A stretch of DNA of 64,000 nt from Armatimonadota bacterium (GTDB lineage Bacteria; Armatimonadota; SYMT01), in the NCBI GenBank assembly GCA_046292385.1, contig JBKBRF010000004.1, positions 111,654-175,653 on the forward strand. Reading direction: 5' to 3'. Within the stretch, counting starts at the first letter, position 1. Every line of letters begins with the position of its first letter. A program made the translations under genes and the position numbers. Below the pieces are notes generated by a model that worked only from the letters and a program-made list of their open reading frames with translations, was not told where the DNA came from and did not search any database. Of this stretch, positions 49,147 to 59,283 are shown piece by piece.

Positions 49147-51558
49147 TCAACCACCCCGCCCGACCACCCCATCCCGCTGCGACTTCAGCCAGCCGTCCAG
49201 CAGGGCCTGGCAGTTCACCACTTTCTCCACCAGGTCGGCCGGCACGTAGTAGTAGTGGTTTGTCGCCTCGAAGCCGATGCGGGAGTCGCGCTGCTGGATC
49301 TGGTAGAGCCGCTTCGCCAGGGCGATCTCGCTCCGCAGCGTCGTCTCGAGCTGGTCACAGAGCGCGGCGACGCGGGCGGGCTCGCGCTCCGCGGCGAGCG
49401 CGTCCCGGTCGCGGACGAAGCGCGCCTGGTTCGCGACGCTGCGGAAATGGATCGCGGCCGCCTCGGCGACATCCTGCTCGCGCGCCAGCTCCCGCCGCTG
49501 CTCCCGCGACGCCTTGCCGCCGAGCGCCTCGGTTTGCGCGCGGAGATCGCGCAGGCCGGCGTCGAAACCGTCCGCCACCCGCTCGAGCTGGCCGATGAAG
49601 ACGTCGGGCGGGAAGACGCTCCGCCAGCTCGCCAGATCGTCGTACGGGAAGCCGACCATCGTGGCGCCGTAGCCGGTCCGCTCCGCCCAGAGCGGGTTGG
49701 CGGGGCCGGTCTGCAGCGGCGCGTTGTAGACGACCCCGATGTGGTAGGGAAACTCCCGGAAGGCGGCGCTCCAGGCCCGCCAGGCCCGGACCACGTGCGG
49801 CGCGGCCGCCGGGCCGAAGCGCCGCTCCGCCACGCGCGCTATCGCGCCCTCCGGCGTCAGCTCCTGATGGCGGCCCAGCTCCGAGACGACCTCCAGGTTG
49901 GGAGAGGGGTAGCCGCCGAGGGTCCAGCCGAGCATCAGCCCGCGGACCCCGCTCCCGCGCAGGTTGGCGGCGTGCTGGGCGACGTTTTCCACGGCGGGAA
50001 TGTACGGCACGGCGGAGAGCTCCCACGTGTTGCCCGCCTGGATCTTCGCCATCGTCCCCAGCCCCGCCGCCCGGGCCGCCTGCCAGTGCCGCGTGGCGCG
50101 GGGGCCGGGGCCGACCGTGGAGATCGAGTACTCGCCGACCACGCTCTCCACCCCGCCGCGGCGGATCGGGATGCTCCACTCGCTCACGCTCATCAGCATC
50201 GACTGCTTCGGCAGGCGCCGGATCGCCTCTTCCGCCCAGTCGTCCGCCCAGCCCCAGTCCCACACCAGGAGCCGGGTCTTACTGCGGGCGCGGTCGATCC
50301 CCTCCTGGATCAGCGCGTTCGCCTCCGCGGTCACCACCGCCGCGCCGCGAGGGCCGCACCGGGGGCACTCGGTGCCGCGCCCGTGCGACCAGCAGTGCGT
50401 CAGGTTCTCGGAGCCGCTGATGGTGAACAATCCAGCCAGCTCCGGCACCGTGCGGCAGATCCGCTCCACGGCGCCGGTCAGGTACGCCCGCACCTCCGGG
50501 ACGCTGGTGCAGAGGGTGGCGTAGTCGCCCTCCACCACCCCCTTCAGGTGCGGGCGCGTCTCGAACCAGGAGAGGGGGAGGGCGCGCGGCTCGTTCAGGT
50601 AGAGATAGAGGCCGAGGTCGTGCCGCTTCGCCCGCGCGGCGAGGCGCTTCAGCCCCTGCAGCCGCTCCTCCCAGCGCGCGCTGCGGGTGGGCTCCCACGG
50701 GAACGGCGCCAGCTTTTGCAGGAGGCCCTGCAGCCAGACCCCGCCGACGCCGGCATCCGCCAGCCGCGCCAGGTAGCCGTCCGGGAATGGATCGGCCTCG
50801 CGCTCCAGGAGGGGGTCGCCGTAGAGCGCGAAGTAGGAGTAGCAGTAGCGCGGCGAGAAGCCCGACGCGCCCGCCTCCACGCGCTCCCGCTTCTCCGGCG
50901 GGCGGGAGAGCTCCGTCACGAACTGGAAGAGCGGCTCGCGGATCGTCCCCGCCCCTTCACCGAACTGCTCCCGGACCACCCGCGCCACCTCCGCCGCGCG
51001 GCGGCGCGTCTCCGGGTCCGGCGCGGCGTACCGGAGCGTCTCGCACCTAGGCTTGCGGCTGCCGAGCTTGACGTAGAGGAAGTCGTCTTCCCGCAGCGTG
51101 AACGCCAGCTCCTCCGCGTCCCAGTCGAGGAGCTGCAGGAGCTGCTCGTACGGCAGCAGGTGCCAGTTCCGCTTGATGACGCTGATGTAGGAGCGCCGCT
51201 GCTGGTCCGCCGTGATCCGCGGCGGGCCGGAGAGCCCCAGCTCCCGACCCAGCTCCCGGATCTGTGCGGCGGTGGCGCCGACCACCCGCCCCATCCGCTC
51301 CGCCGGTACGAGCTGCCAGTTGCGCCAGACGAAGGCGTGCAGGCGGCTGGGAAAGTGCGGGAACGGCACCGGGGCGGGCGCGTCGCCCACCGGCAGCTCC
51401 ACGGGGGCGGAAGCCCCCTGCGGCGGCGCCGGCGGCTGCTTGCGCGCGGCGTCCGCGGGGACGGCGGAGGCGAGCAGGCCGCCCCCCAGGGCGAGGGTGG
51501 TCTGCTTCAGGAAGCGGCGGCGCGGGGACTCGGAGCGGGGATCATCTTCATAGCGCAT
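49147..51558 (-). CDS. Tat-exported hypothetical protein (possible glycoside-hydrolase-like)
   Basis: Twin-arginine signal SPRRRFLKQTTLALGGGLLASA. 803 aa. No family motif I can name with confidence. Confidence 0.45.
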   Translation of the reverse strand: MRYEDDPRSESPRRRFLKQTTLALGGGLLASAVPADAARKQPPAPPQGASAPVELPVGDAPAPVPFPHFPSRLHAFVWRNWQLVPAERMGRVVGATAAQIRELGRELGLSGPPRITADQQRRSYISVIKRNWHLLPYEQLLQLLDWDAEELAFTLREDDFLYVKLGSRKPRCETLRYAAPDPETRRRAAEVARVVREQFGEGAGTIREPLFQFVTELSRPPEKRERVEAGASGFSPRYCYSYFALYGDPLLEREADPFPDGYLARLADAGVGGVWLQGLLQKLAPFPWEPTRSARWEERLQGLKRLAARAKRHDLGLYLYLNEPRALPLSWFETRPHLKGVVEGDYATLCTSVPEVRAYLTGAVERICRTVPELAGLFTISGSENLTHCWSHGRGTECPRCGPRGAAVVTAEANALIQEGIDRARSKTRLLVWDWGWADDWAEEAIRRLPKQSMLMSVSEWSIPIRRGGVESVVGEYSISTVGPGPRATRHWQAARAAGLGTMAKIQAGNTWELSAVPYIPAVENVAQHAANLRGSGVRGLMLGWTLGGYPSPNLEVVSELGRHQELTPEGAIARVAERRFGPAAAPHVVRAWRAWSAAFREFPYHIGVVYNAPLQTGPANPLWAERTGYGATMVGFPYDDLASWRSVFPPDVFIGQLERVADGFDAGLRDLRAQTEALGGKASREQRRELAREQDVAEAAAIHFRSVANQARFVRDRDALAAEREPARVAALCDQLETTLRSEIALAKRLYQIQQRDSRIGFEATNHYYYVPADLVEKVVNCQALLDGWLKSQRDGVVGRGG

Positions 51559-51611
51559 ACCCCGCAGTTACCACCGCCCGCCGGCACCTCCTCCCCGGCG
51601 CAGACCGGCGG

Positions 51612-53582
51612 TTAGCGGACCTCGCCGGAGGAGCGGATCCGCTCGATCACCTCGTCCTCGAACTCCTTGCCGGAGTCGACCGCGGCGTTCGGATCGTCAC
51701 CCAGCGGCAGAAAGAGCTCCTTCGCGGCGGCGGCGAGCGCTTCCGGATCGGCGAACACGAGCTCGGCCACCTGCCCGTCGCCCACCAGGGCGACAAAGCG
51801 CCGCCGCTCGCCCGCGTCGGCCAGCGCCCGGTTCGCGGCGTCGACCACCGCCGTCACGTCGTACCAGTCGCCGAGGTTCTCCGCCTTGAACTTGTAGAGC
51901 TTGCCGCCGTGGATGAACTGCACCACGTACGGCGCCTCCTCGTCGTCATCGGAGCCGAGCCAGCGCTCGTACGGCGCCTCCGGCTTGAACGCGCCGCCGC
52001 TGTGCCTGGCGAAGTCGCGCAGCAGGCGGTCGTGCCGCACCGGGATCACGCCCGTCTCCGCGTCGAACGAGGTGAGAAGGCCCGCCGCTTCGAAGGTCGC
52101 GCCGAGAAACCGCTTCGCGCCGGTCGGATCGTCCGCTTCCCGCCCCGCCTGGGAGTACTCGTAGATACCGTCGTCGGTCAGGCGGTCGGCAGGCTCCTGC
52201 TTCAGAGCTGCCGCCAGCTTCGCCCGCGCGCGGGCCAGCGCCTTCTCATCCAGCACCTTCAGCTCCCCCAGCCGCTGGAGCGCCTTCTCCGCCGTGATCC
52301 CGTGCTCCGCCCAGCGCACCGCCGCCCGGTCAGCCGGGTCGAGGCGGTCCGCCAGCGCGGCGGCGGCGCGGATGGCCGCGTCCCCACCGATCAGCAGCAG
52401 CGCCGAAGCGGCGGCGGGAGCGACTCCGTCGCCGTCCTGCGACCGGGCAGCGGTCTCGCGGAGGACGCGGACCAGCTCCGCGTCGCCGCTCCCGCGGCCC
52501 GCAGTGCCGAGCGTCGAGATGGCGGCACTCCGCAGCTCCGGGATCGAGAGGAGGGAGAGCGCCAGCGCGCGCCCGCGGGGCGGGTCTCGCCGCGCCAGCG
52601 CCTCCAGGGCCCGGGCGCGAAGGGGGTCCGGCGTCGTGGACGCGCGCGCCAGGCGCTCCAGCAGCTCCGCGGCCTTCGCGCCGCCGTGCTCCGCCACCGC
52701 CTCGAGGGCGGACGCCTCCCCGCCGCTCGTCCCGCCTCCCAGCCCGTCGTCCCGGCGGCGAGTCAGCGCCTGCGCACACGCCTCTACGGCTGCGGCGGAG
52801 ACCGCGGGGGACTTCGCCGCGGCCGCCTCCGCCAGGCCGGTCAGATACCAGTAGCTCTCCTGCTGGTCGGTGGACCGGAGCCGCGCCGCGCTGAGCCGAA
52901 TCAGCTCTTCGGACGGCGCCGCCTGCGACAGCCAGAAGGCGGCGCGCCCACCGGTCTCATCCCCTTTGCGGATCAGCTCCAGCAGCCTCCGATTCATCGC
53001 CGGACTCGCCAGCCGCCCCGCCGCCTCCACCGCCACCCGGCGGAGCTCCCGGTCCCGCGAATCGAGGGAGCGGAGCACCACCCCCTCCAATCCCGGCAGC
53101 TTCGCGCGGTCCGCCGGGCCGAGCTCCGCCGCGGCGCCCAGCACTGCGAACGACTCACCAGGGACGGTGAGTGCCTTCCGCGCGGCGTCGATGCCCGCCG
53201 GGTCGCCCAGCCGCAGCAGCATGAACGCCGCCGCCGTCCGCTGGGAGTTACGGCTCCCCGCCGGCCCTTCGAGCTGTTTCCGCAGCACCGGGACCACCCC
53301 CGCCCGCCGCTTTCGGAGCGCCGCGAACGACTCCGCGTCGACGTCCGCCATCATGATCAGCGTGTCGAGCTCCTCTGCGCGGTCCTCCCGCTGCCGCCGC
53401 GCCCCCAGCTCCCGCGCCCGCCGGAGCGCCGCCGGATCGGCCGACACCTCGATGCGGGTGGCAGCCGCTGCGGCGCGCACCACGTCCCCCGCCGCAGCCG
53501 GAGGCCCGCTCACCGCCCCGCAGCCCAGGAGCGAAAACCCCAACGGCACAGCCCAAACCCAGCGGTAGCTCATCTCACGCAC
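51612..53582 (-). CDS. HEAT/PBS-lyase-like repeat lipoprotein
   Basis: Lipobox ...GFSLLGC. Alpha-helical Ala/Leu/Arg-rich repeats over ~600 aa. Confidence 0.55.
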   Translation of the reverse strand: MREMSYRWVWAVPLGFSLLGCGAVSGPPAAAGDVVRAAAAATRIEVSADPAALRRARELGARRQREDRAEELDTLIMMADVDAESFAALRKRRAGVVPVLRKQLEGPAGSRNSQRTAAAFMLLRLGDPAGIDAARKALTVPGESFAVLGAAAELGPADRAKLPGLEGVVLRSLDSRDRELRRVAVEAAGRLASPAMNRRLLELIRKGDETGGRAAFWLSQAAPSEELIRLSAARLRSTDQQESYWYLTGLAEAAAAKSPAVSAAAVEACAQALTRRRDDGLGGGTSGGEASALEAVAEHGGAKAAELLERLARASTTPDPLRARALEALARRDPPRGRALALSLLSIPELRSAAISTLGTAGRGSGDAELVRVLRETAARSQDGDGVAPAAASALLLIGGDAAIRAAAALADRLDPADRAAVRWAEHGITAEKALQRLGELKVLDEKALARARAKLAAALKQEPADRLTDDGIYEYSQAGREADDPTGAKRFLGATFEAAGLLTSFDAETGVIPVRHDRLLRDFARHSGGAFKPEAPYERWLGSDDDEEAPYVVQFIHGGKLYKFKAENLGDWYDVTAVVDAANRALADAGERRRFVALVGDGQVAELVFADPEALAAAAKELFLPLGDDPNAAVDSGKEFEDEVIERIRSSGEVR

Positions 53583-53790
53583 CCTCGAGCACGAAGCTCA
53601 CCAAGAAACGCCAGGGAGTGATGCCTTACTTTCCAGGTCCGCCAGCAGACGCCCAAAAACCCTCAACCGCCTGCCAACCCGGCAACCGATCCACAGCCAA
53701 ACCGCGGCGTCTGCAGGCCCAGCCGCAGGCTGGGCTGGAGGAGGCCACCTGTGACCGCCCCTGGGCGCAGGGGCGGTAGCTCGACGGCGG

Positions 53791-53941
53791 TCGATTCAGC
53801 CCGTGATCCGCACTCCTGATGAAATCCGTCGCGGTGGCGCGGGAAGAGCCTTTCGGAGCGCACTCCCGGAGCAGCCCGCTAACGGAGCGAAGCGGAGTGT
53901 GAAAGGGCCGCGGAGGGCTTTCGCCGCGGGAGGGCTGAAGC
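53791..53941. mobile_element. MITE-like ~150-bp element, copy 1 (degenerate terminal inverted repeats)
   Basis: gattcagccc ... ggcgcgggaagag ... gagcgcactcccggagc ... aaagggccgcggagggc ... cgcgggagggctgaagc. Aligns end-to-end with the element at 59009-59166. Confidence 0.45.
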
Positions 53942-54059
53942 GGCCGACTAGGGCTCGGGGTCGGGCTTTCGGTACGGACGCTGCCTCTCGACCGCAGCCT
54001 GAGATCAACCCCACGTAGCCGACGCTGCCATCCGCCACGAGAGGTGAAACACTCGGTCC

Positions 54060-55310
54060 TCAGTCCCCCCGCATCACCCAATCCACTCCAAACCGCGCAT
54101 GCCGGATCGCCTCCCGCAAGGGCCTCCCTTCCACGTCTTTCTGCGCCGCACGCTCCGGCAGGCTGTAAGTGTAGGTGGCATGGAGCGCGCCGTCCTTCGC
54201 CTCGATGATGGAGGGGTAGTGGAACCCGGTGCCGTCCGGCACGTCCCGCTCCAGGTGCCGGTTCCAGCGCCACGTCTTGCCGTCGTCGTCGGAGATCGAG
54301 ACGAGCAGCGAGTGCCGCCCGCGCTCGGTGTCGTTGTTGATCAGGACCCAGCGGCCGTCGCGCAGGGTGACGACGTCGACTCCGGAGCCGGGGTTCAGGA
54401 TCTCGGAGTCGCGGACGGTCGACCAGGTCAGGCCGCCGTCCCGCGACTCGCTGTAGAGGAGGCGCTGCGGCGGGCCGCCGTTATCCCGCATGAAGGCGGC
54501 GAGGGTGCCGTCCCGCTTCCGAGCGAGGGCGGGCTGCACCGGGCCGTCGCCGACCAGCGGCGTGCTGGTGGTCCAGGTCTCGCCCCAGTCATCGGTGATC
54601 GCCATCAGGGAGAAGTCGAAGCCGTCCGAGTAGAGCGGCAGGATCATCCGGCGGCCGTCCAGGATATACGGGTGGACGCGGGGCATCCAGCCGAGGCGGT
54701 TGAAGTACCTGTCCGCGGCGTTGGCCCGGCGGCGCTCCAGATACTCCCGCACCGCCGGCCGCTGCGCCTCCGGGAAGGTGTCGACCCGGCGGAGGTCGCG
54801 CTCCACCGCTTCCTGTACGATTTGCGTGAACTCCGGCCCCGGCTTCAGGTGGACCACCCGCTCCTCCGCCCAGACCGGCGCGGCGCCGCGCCGCTGGTAA
54901 TTGCGGGAGATGCGGCACTTGAGCAGCGCGGTGTGCCACTCGTTCGCCTGGATCACCGGCCAGAAAAGCCAGAGCCGCTCCTGCGGGTCGATGATCATGC
55001 AGGGGTTGCAGTCCGGAAAGCCGGGAACGTCCGCCATCAGGAACGGCTCGCTCCAGGCGGTGTCCCGCGGCCGCTTGCGGGCGCCCATGATGCGCACGTC
55101 ATCCGCCCGCCGCTCGCCGGAGCCGAGGTACCAGCACGCCAGGAGGTCGCCGTTCGGGCACTGCACCACGCAGCTCCCGTGGCTGTGGAGGTGTCCGAGC
55201 GGAAAGATCAGCTCCGACCGCACCGGCGGCGGACTCCCCGCACACGCCGCCGAAGCCGCCCCCGCGGCGATCCCGCCACCCACCCCCATTAGGAACTCGC
55301 GCCGGTCCAT
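54060..55310 (-). CDS. Tat-exported exo-alpha-sialidase/BNR-repeat family protein
   Basis: Tat signal MDRREFLMGVGGG. Asp-box motifs SESRDGGLTWS and SISDDDGKTWR. Six-bladed-propeller-like composition. Confidence 0.65.
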   Translation of the reverse strand: MDRREFLMGVGGGIAAGAASAACAGSPPPVRSELIFPLGHLHSHGSCVVQCPNGDLLACWYLGSGERRADDVRIMGARKRPRDTAWSEPFLMADVPGFPDCNPCMIIDPQERLWLFWPVIQANEWHTALLKCRISRNYQRRGAAPVWAEERVVHLKPGPEFTQIVQEAVERDLRRVDTFPEAQRPAVREYLERRRANAADRYFNRLGWMPRVHPYILDGRRMILPLYSDGFDFSLMAITDDWGETWTTSTPLVGDGPVQPALARKRDGTLAAFMRDNGGPPQRLLYSESRDGGLTWSTVRDSEILNPGSGVDVVTLRDGRWVLINNDTERGRHSLLVSISDDDGKTWRWNRHLERDVPDGTGFHYPSIIEAKDGALHATYTYSLPERAAQKDVEGRPLREAIRHARFGVDWVMRGD

Positions 55311-55477
55311 GCTCGCTCTCCCGTTTCGCTCTTTGCCTGACAGGGAGGCGGTTCGCCGCAGGGACCACGCTTCCATCCACGGAACTGGGCTCCATCGGAC
55401 GCCCCGCCGGCGGAAGCGCTGAATGCCGCTTCAAACTCAGCCGCGTGCGCCATGTCCCTGATGGATAGAGGCTGCGG

Positions 55478-55996
55478 ATGATGGACTGGACCTCACTCTC
55501 CCTCGAATCAGCGAAGCCGGCACTCGCGTGGATGCAGGAGCCGGAATCGCTCTTCCGGAAACCGGAGTACCGGAAGCGTCCGGGCGACGCCTGGATCGGA
55601 CCGTTCTTCCGAGCGCTGGACGAGGGCCTAACCGAGCTGTGCGCGCAGGGACAGCAAGCCTTTGACCGCAGCGCCGTGACGATCGTCCAGCAGCTTCAGG
55701 TCGAGCTTGCCGAGCACGCGCGCCAGTACAACGTCACTGGGTTCTCCGCCTCGATCGAGGCAGGGCTCAGCGGCGACCACTGGTTCCTTCTGAATCACCG
55801 CTCATGGATCGAAGCCTACCTCCGCGCGCCGCGGCTCATCGAGCGAGTGATTGAGTATCCTCCGGAGGTGCTGGCGCGGATCGAAGCTGAGGACACGCTC
55901 CTGAGGTCGGTTGGCTCCCGCCTCCAGGAACTGCAACCGGAGTCACCAAGCGGGCGTGAGCCGCCGCATCACTGGTGGTGGCACGGAGAGGGGTAG
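55478..55996 (+). CDS. Hypothetical protein
   Basis: 172-aa ORF with coding-like composition. No assignable motif. Confidence 0.35.
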   Translation: MMDWTSLSLESAKPALAWMQEPESLFRKPEYRKRPGDAWIGPFFRALDEGLTELCAQGQQAFDRSAVTIVQQLQVELAEHARQYNVTGFSASIEAGLSGDHWFLLNHRSWIEAYLRAPRLIERVIEYPPEVLARIEAEDTLLRSVGSRLQELQPESPSGREPPHHWWWHGEG

Positions 55997-56020
55997 GGTG
56001 CGGTTTTTCTGGAACCGGCA

Positions 56021-57157
56021 ATGAGAGGGAAGAGGATGCGACGACGCGAGTTTCTTTCGTGGAGCGGCGGACTGGCGGCGGGACTGCTGGCGGTCCGCTC
56101 CGAGGCGGCGCAGGCGCGGCCGGAGGTGGATGGCGGGCTGGCGTGGTACGACGTGCAGCAGTGGGGGGTAGAGGGCAAGGGCTGGCGGGAGACGGCGCGG
56201 TACTTCGACCGCCTCCCGTCACGCGCCGAGGGCGTGGTACGGGATCCGGTCTGGAGCCTGAGCCGCCACTCCGCGGGCATGCTGGTTCGGTTCGAGACCG
56301 ACGCGCCCGCGATCCACGCGCGCTACTCCCTCCTCTCCGCCAACCTGGCGATGCCGCACATGCCGGCGACCGGCGTGAGCGGGCTCGACCTCTACGCGCG
56401 GGCCGAGGAGGGCCGCGACCGCTGGCTCGCCGTGGCACAGCCGCGGGACCGGGAGGTGGAGGTGCGGCTGGCGCAGGGGATCGACCCCACTCCGGAGGGC
56501 CGGCCCCGGCTCTACACCATCTACCTGCCGCTCTACAACGGCACGGAGACGCTCAAGATCGGGGTCGATCCGCAGGCCCGCTTCCGACCGGTGCCGCCGC
56601 GGGAGGAGCGGCCGATCGTCTTCTACGGCACGTCGATCATGCACGGCGCCTGCGCGTCGCGGCCCGGGATGTCGATCTCCGCCATTCTCGGGCGGCGGCT
56701 GGAGCGCCCGACGATCAACCTTGGCTTCTCCGGAAATGGGAAGATGGAGGCGGAGGTCGGCGCGCTGCTGGCGGAGCTCGACCCGGCCGTCTACGCGATC
56801 GACTGCCTCCCGAACATGTCGCCGGAGGAGGTCGCCGCCCGCACGGAGCCGCTGGTGCGGCAGCTCCGGAAGGCACGGCCACAGACGCCGATCCTGCTGG
56901 TGGAAGACCGGACGTTCACCCAGGCGCGGTTCCACCGGAACGTCCGGGAGCAGCACGCGCAGCGGCGCGCCGCCCTGCGGGAGAGCTACGAGCGGTTGGT
57001 GAAAGACGGCGTGCGCCGGCTCGGCTATCTCCGCGGAGAGGAGCTGCTGGGCGATGACGGCGAAGCGGCGACCGACGGCTCCCATCCGAACGACCTGGGG
57101 ATGGTGCGCTACGCGGACGCCTACGAGCGGCCGCTGCGGCGACTGCTCCGGAGCTGA
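56021..57157 (+). CDS. Tat-exported SGNH/GDSL-family hydrolase (possible sialate O-acetylesterase-like)
   Basis: Tat signal MRRREFLSWSGGLAAG. IVFYGTSIMHGA (the GDS(L)-type block with catalytic Ser), and later DGSHPND (Asp-x-x-His). Confidence 0.65.
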   Translation: MRGKRMRRREFLSWSGGLAAGLLAVRSEAAQARPEVDGGLAWYDVQQWGVEGKGWRETARYFDRLPSRAEGVVRDPVWSLSRHSAGMLVRFETDAPAIHARYSLLSANLAMPHMPATGVSGLDLYARAEEGRDRWLAVAQPRDREVEVRLAQGIDPTPEGRPRLYTIYLPLYNGTETLKIGVDPQARFRPVPPREERPIVFYGTSIMHGACASRPGMSISAILGRRLERPTINLGFSGNGKMEAEVGALLAELDPAVYAIDCLPNMSPEEVAARTEPLVRQLRKARPQTPILLVEDRTFTQARFHRNVREQHAQRRAALRESYERLVKDGVRRLGYLRGEELLGDDGEAATDGSHPNDLGMVRYADAYERPLRRLLRS

Positions 57158-57170
57158 GCGCGGACGCGGC

Positions 57171-58589
57171 TCACACCCGCTCCAACTCGGTCCAGTGGCT
57201 CAGGGCGCTGTCCAGCTTCACGCCGGGCGGCGACTTCACCACCAGCGCGCCGTTCAGCACGTCGCCGCGGTGGTGCAGGTCGAGGTGGAGGTGGTACGGC
57301 CGCCGGTTGGCATCCTCGGTGCCGATGTCGCCCGCGAAGCAGCCGGTGAGCCAGCCGTCTCGCAGCACCGGCTCGCTCACCAGGGTCGTAAGCTGGCTGC
57401 CCAGGCGCACGTGCACGTCGCTGTCCGGGTGGAACGCCAGCGCGAGTGGCAGCTCGGCCTCGCCGGTGGCGACCGTCCCCCGCCACTCGCCGCGGAGTGT
57501 GGGGTAGGGACGCGGCTCGCCGTCGGCCTCCGCAGGCGACGGCTTGCGGCGCGCCTGCTCCGCGATCCGGGGGACCAGCAGCGCCACCACTTCCCGCGCG
57601 ACGTCGAACGGAAGGCTGGAGGCGGCGTTGCAGAGGGCGACCACCGCCAGCCGCTCGGCCGGAACCAGCAGCAGGATCGTGTTCACGCCGTCCATCCCAC
57701 CGGTATGACTCACGCTCCGCGCGCCTTCCCATTCGTCGCTGATCCGCCAGCCGACGCCGTAGCCGACCGTCTCGGTGCAGGTGGCGGTCGGCTTCTGCAT
57801 CTCCTCGATCCCGGCGTGGGTCAGGATCGGCTTCTGGTCCGGCAGCCCCGCCTGGAGATGGAACATGCCGAAGCGGAGGAGGTCGCGCGCGCTGCAGAAG
57901 ACGGCGGAGGCCCCGGGGTGATCGAAGTCGTAGAACGGCAGCCGCAGCCCATCCGGCGCGTAGCGGGCCGCGGCGTACGGCTCCAGCCCGGGGCCGACGC
58001 CGACCGAGGCGCGGGTCATTCCGAGCAGTAGGAAGACCTCGCGGCGCATGAACTCCGCGAAGCTCTGTCCGGAGACGTGGGAAATCACCTCGTCCAGCAC
58101 GCCGTAGCCGAGGTTGGAGTACTGATAGCGCTCGCCCGGCGCGGTGACCAGGTTCCCGTAGCGGCGCAGCGTCTCGCGGAAGGGTGGACGCCGGCGCGGC
58201 TCGTCCTCCGGAAAGAAGTGCCAGTGGAGCGGCAGGCCGGAGGTGTGGTTCGCCACCCGGCGCAGCGTCGCGTCGTCCGCGTCTCCCACCCGCGCGGTGA
58301 GGCGGGCGTCCCCCAGGTAGTCGTGCGCCGGCCGGTCCAGGTCCAGCTCGCCTCGCTCGTGCAGCACCATCAGCCCGGTCGCCGTGATCGGCTTGGAGAT
58401 GGAGGCGAGGGAATAGAGCGTGTCCGGCGTGGCGGGAATCCGCGCCTCGCGGTCCGCCCAGCCGAACGCCTCCTCCCAGAGCGGCTCCCCGTGCTGGGCC
58501 ACCGCTACGGCGAGCGACGGCAGCGATTCCTCACTCAGGCGGGCGCGGATCTCTCCGCGAAGGGCGTGGAACAGGTCGGCGCGGCTCAT
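57171..58589 (-). CDS. Serine hydrolase (beta-lactamase / penicillin-binding-protein-like)
   Basis: S-x-x-K active-site motif SISKPIT, a YSN-like motif and an HTGG element. Start taken at the internal MSRADL. Confidence 0.7.
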   Translation of the reverse strand: MSRADLFHALRGEIRARLSEESLPSLAVAVAQHGEPLWEEAFGWADREARIPATPDTLYSLASISKPITATGLMVLHERGELDLDRPAHDYLGDARLTARVGDADDATLRRVANHTSGLPLHWHFFPEDEPRRRPPFRETLRRYGNLVTAPGERYQYSNLGYGVLDEVISHVSGQSFAEFMRREVFLLLGMTRASVGVGPGLEPYAAARYAPDGLRLPFYDFDHPGASAVFCSARDLLRFGMFHLQAGLPDQKPILTHAGIEEMQKPTATCTETVGYGVGWRISDEWEGARSVSHTGGMDGVNTILLLVPAERLAVVALCNAASSLPFDVAREVVALLVPRIAEQARRKPSPAEADGEPRPYPTLRGEWRGTVATGEAELPLALAFHPDSDVHVRLGSQLTTLVSEPVLRDGWLTGCFAGDIGTEDANRRPYHLHLDLHHRGDVLNGALVVKSPPGVKLDSALSHWTELERV

Positions 58590-58982
58590 GCGGCTCCTTC
58601 CGGGCAACAGCCAGCCGCCGCCCGGCAATCCGGCGGCGGCCACAATCCGGGTTCCACGTTGGCGGGAGGGGGGAGAACTTCCTGTCTTGCTTGTTCGGCG
58701 CGAGGGTCTTCCTCGCCCCGGAGCGAGGTGTCCCCCAATCGTACGCTGGATTCATCTCCCCGAGGAAGCCACCCCGTGCCCTTGCCGGATACTGTTGGCG
58801 AGATCTGGAAGCCGCTCCGAACGCACCGCTGGCGCGGGACGCGAAAGCAAGCATTCGCACTCCACATGCCGGACCGGAAGGGATTCCCTCGCGCCCGAAG
58901 GGAGACTGCCTCGGTGCAGTCGGCGGAGTCCGGGGCGTCCGGAGGAGCAGCCGGAGGCTGCGCCGGAGGATGGCATTTGTGA

Positions 58983-59004
58983 CCACCCCTTGGCCAAGGG
59001 GTGG
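58983..59004. terminator. Perfect palindromic hairpin ccaccccttgg/ccaaggggtgg
   Basis: 22-nt perfect palindrome in the 0.7-kb non-coding stretch between the helicase stop and the serine-hydrolase start. Likely a terminator for the helicase gene. Confidence 0.4.
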
Positions 59005-59008
59005 TTGC

Positions 59009-59166
59009 TCGAAGGGTCGGGATTCAGCCCGTGAACCAGGCTGCTGTAACGGTAGTGCGCACTGGCGCGGGAAGAGTGAATGGGAGCGCACTCCCGGAGC
59101 GGCCTGCTAGCGCCGGAGGCGCGTTAAAGGGCCGCGGAGGGCAATGTCGCGGGAGGGCTGAATCCC
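59009..59166. mobile_element. MITE-like ~158-bp element, copy 2, with perfect 12-bp terminal inverted repeats GGGATTCAGCCC / GGGCTGAATCCC
   Basis: The terminal inverted repeats were read directly. The interior aligns with copy 1 (ggcgcgggaagag, gagcgcactcccggagc, aaagggccgcggagggc, cgcgggagggctgaa). Confidence 0.5.
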
Positions 59167-59283
59167 GACACAAGGGCACGGGGTTGACCTCGCGAAATCG
59201 ACGCTGCCACACGGCAAAAAGCGCGACGACTGGCGGCGGGTCGGCCCCGCGGCATTACACCGCGAGGCCGAACCCAGAACCCT

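Noticed and set aside
53626-54273. 215-aa minus-strand ORF spanning MITE copy 1 and the sialidase 3' end
   Set aside because: Arg/Gly/Pro-rich. It overlaps the sialidase C-terminus and the repeat element, so it is an artefact.
58900-58960. SRP (4.5S) RNA-like motif gtccggaggagcagcc
   Set aside because: Only the short domain-IV-like core matches. The surrounding sequence is a triple (G/C)CCGGAGG repeat and lacks the complementary strand needed for the SRP helix.
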